DNA from: Nitrospiraceae bacterium
GTDB taxonomy: Bacteria > Nitrospirota > Nitrospiria > Nitrospirales > UBA2166
Direction: 5' to 3'
NCBI GenBank assembly: GCA_002726235.1
Contig: PBSN01000020.1
Coordinates: forward strand, 1 to 36,248
DNA length: 36,248 bases
Shown here in pieces: positions 28,686 to 36,248 of the stretch (within the stretch, counting starts at the first letter, position 1; each line of letters opens with the position of its first letter). The position numbers were made by a program, and so were the translations under genes. The notes beneath the pieces were generated by a model. That model saw nothing but the letters and a program-made list of their open reading frames with translations, searched no databases and had not been told where the DNA came from.

Positions 28686-29633
28686 ATGACTGCTTTAAAA
28701 CAGATATATCTTGCTGGCCCCCGAGGGTTTTGTGCGGGAGTAGACCGAGCTATCTCGATTGTAGAACGAGCTCTCACTGTGTACGGTGCCCCAGTATACG
28801 TGCGCCACGAAATTGTACACAGCCGGTATGCTGTTGAGTCGCTACGAGCCAAGGGTGCTGTTTTTGTGGAAAACCTCACCGATGTCCCTGATGGAATTCC
28901 TGTGGTGTTTAGTGCACACGGGGTTTCGAAGGCGGTCTGGGAAGAGGCTGGGCAGCGAAATCTCCAAGTCATCGATGCTACCTGTCCACTCGTGATTAAA
29001 GTCCATCGAGAAGTGAATCGGGACTATTGCGAAGGGTATGAACTAATCCTCATTGGACATGCCGGCCATCCTGAGGTGATCGGAACGCTCGGGCAGACTC
29101 CCGACCGATTTCATCTGGTCAGTTCAGTTGAGGATGTCCCCAAACTCGATATTAGTCCTACCGCTAAACTCTCCTATGTTACACAGACCACACTGAGCAT
29201 GGATGAATGCCGTGATATTGTGAGTGCTTTATACGTGCGGTTTCCTACCATCAAGGGTCCACAGCAAGAAGATATCTGTTACGCTACGCAGAACCGCCAG
29301 AATGCGATCAAATACATGGCAGAATTTGTTGAGGTCATTCTCGTTTTGGGATCCCCTAATAGTTCAAACTCTAATCGTCTTCGCGAACTTGGTGAGCGGC
29401 GCGGCATTTCATCGTACCTCATTGACTCTTGGAGTGACATTAATTCAGAATGGCTGGCTGGAGGCGTAGAGACGGTTGGGATTACAGCTGGGGCTTCGGC
29501 GCCAGAGTTCTTGGTTAAGGAAGTTATATCCCATTTACAAACCCTTGGCCCTGCGACCGTAAAAGAGATTAATGTGGTTGAAGAGGATGTGGTGTTCAGC
29601 CTTCCGCCGGAGTTGGTGGCCACCGTTCCGTAA
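28686..29633 (+). CDS. ispH: 4-hydroxy-3-methylbut-2-enyl diphosphate reductase
   Basis: [47 protein letters not shown]. Confidence 0.98.
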   Translation: MTALKQIYLAGPRGFCAGVDRAISIVERALTVYGAPVYVRHEIVHSRYAVESLRAKGAVFVENLTDVPDGIPVVFSAHGVSKAVWEEAGQRNLQVIDATCPLVIKVHREVNRDYCEGYELILIGHAGHPEVIGTLGQTPDRFHLVSSVEDVPKLDISPTAKLSYVTQTTLSMDECRDIVSALYVRFPTIKGPQQEDICYATQNRQNAIKYMAEFVEVILVLGSPNSSNSNRLRELGERRGISSYLIDSWSDINSEWLAGGVETVGITAGASAPEFLVKEVISHLQTLGPATVKEINVVEEDVVFSLPPELVATVP

Positions 29634-29687
29634 GACCTTGTCATACCCCTCATTACGCTTTGGCGGGGCTATGTAGCTATCCGTGGG

Positions 29688-29996
29688 TTAGTGGTCGACC
29701 CATGGTTCTTTCTCCGCGAGATACCACTTTCCGCGAAAGTTTAGGCGAGTTCTCATGTTCGCAAACCCAAATTCACGCAATTGATGTACCAAATCCGAAA
29801 TCGCAGCCACGACGGTTGCATGCGGATCACTCTGTACTCTTAGGTCTTCGTATATGGTTGAGGCCACATAGCGTTTGGCGATTCGAGCAATGACGACGGT
29901 TCGATTGAACGACCGTGTACTTGGATCGTTTCCTTCGAGTTGGTGCTTCTCTAGCACGCCGTCTTTTTGGAGATGAAGTAGGCTAGGCATGCTCAT
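29688..29996 (-). CDS. Hypothetical protein (102 aa)
   Basis: AGAGGAGG SD 9-11 nt upstream of ATG 29996; fills the gap between ispH and tatA. Confidence 0.7.
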   Translation of the reverse strand: MSMPSLLHLQKDGVLEKHQLEGNDPSTRSFNRTVVIARIAKRYVASTIYEDLRVQSDPHATVVAAISDLVHQLREFGFANMRTRLNFRGKWYLAEKEPWVDH

Positions 29997-30170
29997 AGAA
30001 CTATGTTCCTCCTCTACGGGTTGTACTGATAACGGAATAAAAGTGCAACAGGGTTTCAGGCGGAAAACCAAAGACGACGTTGTACAATTGAACCGCCGTT
30101 AAGTCATGATTGTCGCTGTGTTTGAGCAAGCCTGTATAATAACAAAGAATAAGGTGGGGGGCTATTGACG

Positions 30171-30479
30171 ATGTTTGGGACGATGGGATTTACAGAACTC
30201 ATCCTGATCCTTGTGGTTGTATTAATCATATTTGGAGCAGGGAAACTTCCACAGTTGGGTGAAGGCGTTGGGCGTGCGCTTAGGGGGTTCAAGAAGGAAG
30301 TCCAGTCGGATAGTCCTCCTCCCACTCCGGTGGCGGGTCATTCGGGAGATACGTCTGGGAGTATGGAAGCTGGCGATACGGACAAAGCTGATGAGGATCC
30401 CGAAGTTATTCGAGCGCGTATAGCCGAACGCCAACGGCGTGTACGCGAGCGTCAAACGGACTCTGGTCGCATGGACTAA
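30171..30479 (+). CDS. tatA: Twin-arginine translocase TatA/E subunit
   Basis: [48 protein letters not shown] at 30135-30140. Confidence 0.92.
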   Translation: MFGTMGFTELILILVVVLIIFGAGKLPQLGEGVGRALRGFKKEVQSDSPPPTPVAGHSGDTSGSMEAGDTDKADEDPEVIRARIAERQRRVRERQTDSGRMD

Positions 30480-30535
30480 CACAGGGCATGACGAATGCTG
30501 TTGTGGCCAGGCTGTCGAGGGATGATTGTCGTTTA

Positions 30536-30592
30536 GCCGAATGTTAAAATAGCTCTCCGTTTGGGTGCATCGTGCGTTTTTTAACATCCTGC
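30536..30592. mobile_element. Short MITE/REP-like element, copy 3
   Basis: GCCGAATGTTAAAATA ... TTTTTTAACATCCTGC, 13/16 inverted match; ends resemble copies 1 and 2. Confidence 0.45.
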
Positions 30593-30618
30593 CCAGACAA
30601 TTCCCGCATAGGAAGCTA

Positions 30619-32127
30619 ATGACCTTACATGAAACAATTCTCAATCTGATTTGTGCTGTGGAGGCCGAATTGTCGCGCCAAGATGCCCCGAATGGCGCTG
30701 GAGAGATTCTCATCACACATCGCCGTCTAGTTGCCTCATCCAACACGATGTGGGTCTATTCCTGCGGTTGGGATCATACAATCCCGATGACCGAGGAGGT
30801 GCCTGTAAAGGTCAGAGTGAAAGGATCTCAGGCGCTAACCGAGGGCCGAGTTGTCGGATTTGATAATTGTACGCTCTGGCTTGGCGTTCGAAAAAACTTG
30901 GGAGCTGTAGTGCGGCCAGCGTATGTTCAGCCAGACGTGAGCAGCATCTTCCAGTCTCTGACCAGACGGCTTCACGACATAGAGCGCAACCTTATGTCAA
31001 TGGTTAAATACCCATTTGGTCAACTGTTTTCCGATGACTTGAGTCTCGTTAACGACGAGACTGATTCGAGTGTGCAGATTATCGATCTGCCACATTCAGA
31101 TGCTCGCCGAGAGCGAGTGACGGAGATTGTATTGGAGGGATTGCGTGAAGGGAAACGGATCCTATTGACATCGGCGCACAATCGTAATCTTGATGAAAAC
31201 CTCATTGCTATCGTTCGCGTAATGAGGATGGAAGGCCTCTCATATTCTACGCTTGTCACTCGTTATCCCGCGCTTGTCCTTGAGGGAAAGGGAACAACTG
31301 ATCTTCGCGAACTCGCCTTTGAACAACAACTTCGAGCTAATGTCGGCAGAGTCCAAGCTGAGCAAAATATCCTTCGATCCGCCTTCCATCGGTATCAGAA
31401 GCTGGCTCCAATCGTAGCGTTAGCGCAAGAGAAAATACGAGATTTGGAAGAAGTTGAGGCGCTCGAAGATCGCTTGTTGCGTGCAATTGATAAGCTTGAA
31501 TGCAAAGATACTGATCTTAGGATTAACGTTGAAACTTATGCCGATACTCCACTGTGGCAACGCCTTTCTATGCAGGTCGGCGGCAAAAACCCGCCCACCA
31601 TGCATAAGATGCGCTCGTGGTGTGCTGAGCAACTTGAAGAGTTACGGCAGGAATTGCTTGCGCTGTATCCACGCCTCTCAAAGGCGCGGCAGGAGGCGTA
31701 CCTCGCTCCCGAAATTTGGGAGGAGTACGAGCGATCCAAGGAGACAGTCGAGGCAAGGGGGGGGATTGAGAACGTTCGTTCTCTTATTGCTGTAGATCAA
31801 GGAGAGTTGGGCCACGTCTTTGAGGGGCGGGGCCTCGTCGCAGCAACGGCAGGGTGCGTCGCGTCTCATGATCTGTTCAATGGCCTGTCATTTGATACCG
31901 TCATTGTTGATGGCATTGATGCTGTTCCGCTACCCCTGCTTATTCCAGCAACTTGTCTAGCTCGGAAGAAAATTGTGTTGGTAGGAGCCCAATCTGACTC
32001 GCAGGTAGCGACAGTGATGGATGGTAGCGCTGAGCGCTTGCGAGTACGCATCGCATGCCTGCGTACTTCCATTCTTGAAACCTGTCGCGCACAGGCCGTA
32101 GCCGCATCACGGGCCTCACATGCCTAA
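30619..32127 (+). CDS. Degenerate SF1 (Upf1/DNA2-like, AAA_11) helicase-like protein with coiled-coil insert
   Basis: GKRILLTSAHNRNLD (motif Ia-like), FDTVIVDGID (motif II-like), KKIVLVGAQ (motif III-like); ATG 30619 follows AGGAAG. Confidence 0.6.
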   Translation: MTLHETILNLICAVEAELSRQDAPNGAGEILITHRRLVASSNTMWVYSCGWDHTIPMTEEVPVKVRVKGSQALTEGRVVGFDNCTLWLGVRKNLGAVVRPAYVQPDVSSIFQSLTRRLHDIERNLMSMVKYPFGQLFSDDLSLVNDETDSSVQIIDLPHSDARRERVTEIVLEGLREGKRILLTSAHNRNLDENLIAIVRVMRMEGLSYSTLVTRYPALVLEGKGTTDLRELAFEQQLRANVGRVQAEQNILRSAFHRYQKLAPIVALAQEKIRDLEEVEALEDRLLRAIDKLECKDTDLRINVETYADTPLWQRLSMQVGGKNPPTMHKMRSWCAEQLEELRQELLALYPRLSKARQEAYLAPEIWEEYERSKETVEARGGIENVRSLIAVDQGELGHVFEGRGLVAATAGCVASHDLFNGLSFDTVIVDGIDAVPLPLLIPATCLARKKIVLVGAQSDSQVATVMDGSAERLRVRIACLRTSILETCRAQAVAASRASHA

Positions 32128-34345
32128 GGTCTCTCAGCAGCTAGCTTCGGATGCCACTGGGCAATTCCGTGAAATACTAGGCATCGCCCTTGCGACAGTT
32201 TCGCTGTTGCTTCTTTTTGGGCTGCTGTCCTATATGCCGGATGATCCTCATGTCTTTCACCCTAACCCAGAAAAAGAAATACCGGGGAATTGGATTGGGA
32301 CATTCGGAGCATTGCTTTCAGATGGGCTTTTTCGATTATTGGGGACCGCGGCATACATTGTTCCATTCGGTTTAGCGATGTGGGCGTGGCGGTGCTTTGC
32401 TGCACAAGGAACCCGAGTGGCTATATTGGCTGTGGTGGGCTGGATTGGCATGGTGACGTTCGGGGGAACTCTTTTCTCGATTGGGCTTCGCGGGATCCCA
32501 ACCATTCAGGGTGGTGTTATACACATCGTGATGGAGGTAGATGCTGGTGGAATGGTGGGAAACTTCATCGCAGATTTTCTGAACGCCTATTTCGCGTCGT
32601 TTGGCAGATCGATTATCGTTATCTCCGGCCTTCTCCTCTCAGTCCTCGCGGCGCTGCCAATTTCGCTTGGATCAATAAGCCGCAATACTACGGCTGGTTT
32701 GCAATGGATAGCACGCACGCTAACACGCCGAGAGGAGGCCATCATTGCGGATGGCAAACCTGCTACTGGTGCTTTAGAGCCAATGGAGCCCGCTCCTCTT
32801 GCTTCCATGCCAGTGCCTATTCCTTCCCCAGAGCTGTCGATGGGGGCTATGAGCTTGGGTGCACCTCCAGTGTCTGATGAGCGACTGCCTTTCGCTGTTT
32901 ACCAGGGTAACGGAAAAGAATTTTCCCTTCCCGATCCCAACGCACTTCTCACTGTCCCACGGGTGAGGCCTATTCACAACCGAGATGAGCAAAGTGGCGA
33001 GCGATCTCGGCTATTGGTGCAAGCATTCAAAAATTTTGGCGTGGTTGGGACTGTTACCGCAATTCATCCAGGGCCTGTCGTGACAATGTATGAGTTCGAG
33101 CCGGCCCCTGGGATCAAAGTCAGTCGAATTGTGAGTTTATCTAACGATCTCGCACTTGCCATGAAGGCCGAAACCGTTCGTATTGTGGCGCCTATTCCTG
33201 GAAAGGCGGTTGTCGGAATCGAAATTCCGTCTGTCGTTCGAGAAGATGTTCATTTGAAAGACCTCTTGATGTGTGACACCTATCAGAAGGCGTCGTGGAA
33301 ACTCAAGGTCGTCCTTGGAAAGGACATCTTTGGTATGCCAGTGGTTGTTGACCTACAGGCGATGCCTCATTTACTGATGGCTGGAGCCACGGGTGCTGGA
33401 AAGAGCGTTGGACTGAACACCATGATTACTAGCCTGCTTTTTGCGGCCACTCCCTACGAGTTGCAGTTTCTCATGGTGGACCCAAAAATGCTGGAATTGC
33501 AAGGGTATAACGGGATTCCACATCTGCTTAGGCCGGTGATCACCAATGCCAAGGTCGCAGCTAAAGAACTCTTATGGGCCGTACGGGAGATGGAGCGTCG
33601 GTATCAATTGATGGCAGACGCTGGAGCTCGAAACATCAATCATTATAATTACGTGATATCAAATAGCGGAGAAGAGATACCGGAAATTCTCCCGTATATC
33701 GTGATCATTGTTGACGAGCTTGCTGATCTCATGATGGTCTCATCTCGAGAAGTCGAAGAATCTATTACTCGATTGGCCCAGATGGCTCGCGCATCTGGGA
33801 TGCATCTTATTCTTGCCACACAACGTCCATCAGTCGATGTCCTCACCGGCCTTATTAAGGCCAACTTTCCGTCACGCCTTGCATACAAAGTTTCGTCCAA
33901 AACTGATTCCAGAACCATCCTCGACGCTAACGGAGCCGAGATGCTTCTTGGGAGGGGCGATATGTTATTTTTGCCGGCAGGAGGGAGAATGATACGGGTA
34001 CATGGGCCGTATGCCTCAGAAGAAGATCTCCAAAACGTAGTTGATTTTCTCCGAGATCAAGGCCCATCACCCATTGTGCAAACATCCTTCCCAACAGAGA
34101 ACCAGGCGCAGGATGCTGAAAGTGGAAGTGGGGACGAATTGTATGAGAGGGCAAAGTGTCTCGTCATGGAAACCGGACAAGCCTCAGCTTCGCTGATCCA
34201 ACGGCGGTTGCGTGTTGGATATCCTCGGGCTGCTAGACTGGTCGAAATTATGCAGGAGGAAGGCATTGTCAGTCCTCCACTTCGAGATGGTCGTCGGGAG
34301 GTTGTCTTGCGACGGTCGGCTGATTCTGATCTGCAAGTGGGCTAG
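32120..34345 (+). CDS. ftsK: DNA translocase FtsK
   Basis: 4TM N-domain, GPVVTMYE, GATGAGKS, IVDELADLM, LATQRPSVDV, gamma domain SASLIQRRLRVGYPRAARL. Confidence 0.97.
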   Translation: MPKVSQQLASDATGQFREILGIALATVSLLLLFGLLSYMPDDPHVFHPNPEKEIPGNWIGTFGALLSDGLFRLLGTAAYIVPFGLAMWAWRCFAAQGTRVAILAVVGWIGMVTFGGTLFSIGLRGIPTIQGGVIHIVMEVDAGGMVGNFIADFLNAYFASFGRSIIVISGLLLSVLAALPISLGSISRNTTAGLQWIARTLTRREEAIIADGKPATGALEPMEPAPLASMPVPIPSPELSMGAMSLGAPPVSDERLPFAVYQGNGKEFSLPDPNALLTVPRVRPIHNRDEQSGERSRLLVQAFKNFGVVGTVTAIHPGPVVTMYEFEPAPGIKVSRIVSLSNDLALAMKAETVRIVAPIPGKAVVGIEIPSVVREDVHLKDLLMCDTYQKASWKLKVVLGKDIFGMPVVVDLQAMPHLLMAGATGAGKSVGLNTMITSLLFAATPYELQFLMVDPKMLELQGYNGIPHLLRPVITNAKVAAKELLWAVREMERRYQLMADAGARNINHYNYVISNSGEEIPEILPYIVIIVDELADLMMVSSREVEESITRLAQMARASGMHLILATQRPSVDVLTGLIKANFPSRLAYKVSSKTDSRTILDANGAEMLLGRGDMLFLPAGGRMIRVHGPYASEEDLQNVVDFLRDQGPSPIVQTSFPTENQAQDAESGSGDELYERAKCLVMETGQASASLIQRRLRVGYPRAARLVEIMQEEGIVSPPLRDGRREVVLRRSADSDLQVG

Positions 34346-34348
34346 TTA

Positions 34349-35056
34349 ATGCTGGTAGCCGCAACACTCCATGGCATCCGCATCTTGTGTTTCACCATTT
34401 TCGTTGCTTTGATGGCGGGGTTCGGGCTACACCTTTCTTTTGCAGCAGAATCCCCCAGTACCGCTGAAGATCTCGCAGACAAAATTCAATCACGATATGA
34501 ACAAACTTCAGATTTCAGCGCAGACTTTGCCCAAACCTTACTGATTGAAGGTTTTCAGACCCCCATGCAGTCATCTGGACGAGTATTGATAAAAAAACCA
34601 GGCCGTTTGTACTGGGAGTACGGCGATCCCCAGGAAGAACACATCTATGTTGATGGGGAACGAGTCGCGTTCTATGTTCCGGCGCATAATCAAGTGATCC
34701 AGTCCACCATTTCGCAACTTGCAGAATCGCGCGCGCCACTTCATCTTCTGCAGGGGGAGATGAGGCTTCGGGAACATTTTGAGCTTGAGTTGGCCCATCG
34801 GGATGCATCCAGCAATGATGGGTTACATCTGCTAGGTCTTCGACCAAAGAAAGGTGGAAGAGTAGAGTCACGGCGGAGTATCGTGATTGGGGTTGATCCT
34901 CAGAACTACTATATTCGAACGTTGGTTATGTATGAGCCAAATGGTAACGTGACTACCATTCATTTCTCAAACGTTATAGCAAATTCAAATCTCCAAGATT
35001 CGCTTTTTCAATGTAAAATGCCAGCGGACGTGGAGATCATTCAAGATCTGCCTTGA
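34349..35056 (+). CDS. lolA: Outer-membrane lipoprotein carrier LolA
   Basis: Signal peptide, FSADFAQ, SSGRVLIKKPGRLYWEY; directly follows ftsK. Confidence 0.88.
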   Translation: MLVAATLHGIRILCFTIFVALMAGFGLHLSFAAESPSTAEDLADKIQSRYEQTSDFSADFAQTLLIEGFQTPMQSSGRVLIKKPGRLYWEYGDPQEEHIYVDGERVAFYVPAHNQVIQSTISQLAESRAPLHLLQGEMRLREHFELELAHRDASSNDGLHLLGLRPKKGGRVESRRSIVIGVDPQNYYIRTLVMYEPNGNVTTIHFSNVIANSNLQDSLFQCKMPADVEIIQDLP

Positions 35057-35067
35057 CGGAGAAAATC

Positions 35068-36075
35068 ATGATCAGACCCATTGTGTGCATCGCTGGAATT
35101 TTAGCAATGCTTATGGTGACCGTGGGATGTTCAACTCTTCCGATCACACTTGGTGTAACAACTGTAGGGGACGCTTTTGGCTCACTAACGAGAAGTCATG
35201 CCGATGATACGTTTCTGATCGAAAAAGCCGTGGTCTTTGAGGGCATTCTATACGCCTTGGATGTGATGGCGCTTCAAGTCGAAGAAACGATCGAAAAGGA
35301 CGACACGACAATTATCACCGGTGCATCTCGATCATCCAAGGCTCCGGTAAAGTTTTCCGCGAACATTCGTGAGATCTCCTCAACAGTGACCAACGTCTCG
35401 ATTAGAGCGGGACGGAGTATCTTGAAACCGGATCATAGTACGGCGGAAGAAATCATGAATCAGCTGTTCCTTCGGCTCGAGAAAAGCGTGTCTTCAGAAC
35501 GCTCACCGGAGCGAGTGATCTCTGTTGCCACTTCTGAACCCGTAATGTTGCCGGTATCGAAGATACTGAAATCGGAACATGCCAAGGTTGCATACCAAGC
35601 GGCACGACCATCTCCCTACGTCGTCCAAGTTGGAGCCTATCGAACCAAGGCCAATGCCGATTGGCATATGGAAGAGTTGCGGGATAATAAGAGGCAAGCA
35701 TATGTCGTTCCGTTCAACCTGCCTGGACGCGGGAGGTGGTACCGAGTACTAATTCAGCGTTTTGCAACCACGGACGAGGCCAGACGCTTTGCGGAAAAGA
35801 TCATGGCTGATGGACTCGTCGACTTGGCGTTTCCAATACTTCTTCCCTTTGCTGTAGAAGTCGGCACGAAAAAACATATGCACGATGCCTCCCCCGTGGA
35901 AGTTCGCCTGAGAAGTGAGGGATTTTCTCCATATGTGCTTAAAATTCCGAATGCAGGTTTGGATGATCAGGAATACCTAATCTTAGTCGGAGCCTACAAA
36001 ACTTCAAATGCCGCAGCGATGCTTTCGGAAACGCTGTTGTCTGCTCGAATTCCCAACCAAATTGTTGTGCCCTAG
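35068..36075 (+). CDS. Lipoprotein with DUF3568-like N-domain and SPOR domains; TTG 35053 is an alternative start
   Basis: Lipobox VTVG-C, YVVQVGAY...WYRVLI..F, second ILVGAY repeat. Confidence 0.8.
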   Translation: MIRPIVCIAGILAMLMVTVGCSTLPITLGVTTVGDAFGSLTRSHADDTFLIEKAVVFEGILYALDVMALQVEETIEKDDTTIITGASRSSKAPVKFSANIREISSTVTNVSIRAGRSILKPDHSTAEEIMNQLFLRLEKSVSSERSPERVISVATSEPVMLPVSKILKSEHAKVAYQAARPSPYVVQVGAYRTKANADWHMEELRDNKRQAYVVPFNLPGRGRWYRVLIQRFATTDEARRFAEKIMADGLVDLAFPILLPFAVEVGTKKHMHDASPVEVRLRSEGFSPYVLKIPNAGLDDQEYLILVGAYKTSNAAAMLSETLLSARIPNQIVVP

Positions 36076-36159
36076 AAGGACGCCGAAAGGGTCCGCAACA
36101 GCACTATTTTCCGCATAAAGCCGCTATTGACTTCTTAGCGAGAAGCTGAGAGCATAGTA

Positions 36160-36180
36160 GGTGTTCAGCGATTGAACACC
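36160..36180. promoter_or_regulatory. Perfect 8-bp inverted repeat, probable operator
   Basis: GGTGTTCA-GCGAT-TGAACACC, 16 nt upstream of ATG 36197. Confidence 0.6.
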
Positions 36181-36196
36181 AGTGAATGACATCCCA

Positions 36197-36248
36197 ATGC
36201 TGACCGATGAATTGCGCTATAAGATCATTCGACACCTAGAGGCTGACC
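36197..36248 (+). CDS. 5' fragment of an EPS-associated MarR-family transcriptional regulator (runs off the window)
   Basis: MLTDELRYKIIRHLEAD matches the typical N-terminus of this family as recalled; only 17 codons are visible. Confidence 0.6.
   Translation, partial: MLTDELRYKIIRHLEAD

Noticed and set aside
1..36248. CRISPR array, intact transposase, prophage or known defence system
   Set aside because: No regularly spaced repeats or recognisable cas, transposase, phage or defence genes were seen

Overview
This is a ~50% GC bacterial chromosomal window made up mostly of core genes: priA, groES-groEL, tRNA-Leu(GAG), clpB, gltX, a minus-strand recA-alaS-ruvX-mltG-ridA-J-domain-ampG run, a C4 zinc-ribbon gene, rnpB, ispH, tatA, ftsK-lolA-SPOR and the start of an EPS-associated MarR gene. 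Gene style and intergenic repeats suggest Nitrospirota; this is from recall, not a database search. Points of interest: (1) an Mrp/ApbC + Zn-ribbon/tandem PCP_red gene pair followed by a miniature NapB-like diheme cytochrome bracketed by two MITE-like elements; (2) two apparent pseudo-helicases, PriA lacking Walker A and motif VI, and an Upf1-like protein overlapping ftsK; (3) a decayed accessory patch at 15.25-18.75 kb with a 91-bp intragenic duplication, a recombinase-domain pseudogene, an intact SorAB-like sulfite dehydrogenase pair and a GNAT pseudogene; (4) translation and promoter oddities, namely a probable non-canonical start for ridA, leaderless or bidirectional promoters and a long stem over the alaS start. 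All calls come from reading motifs by eye; no searches were run.
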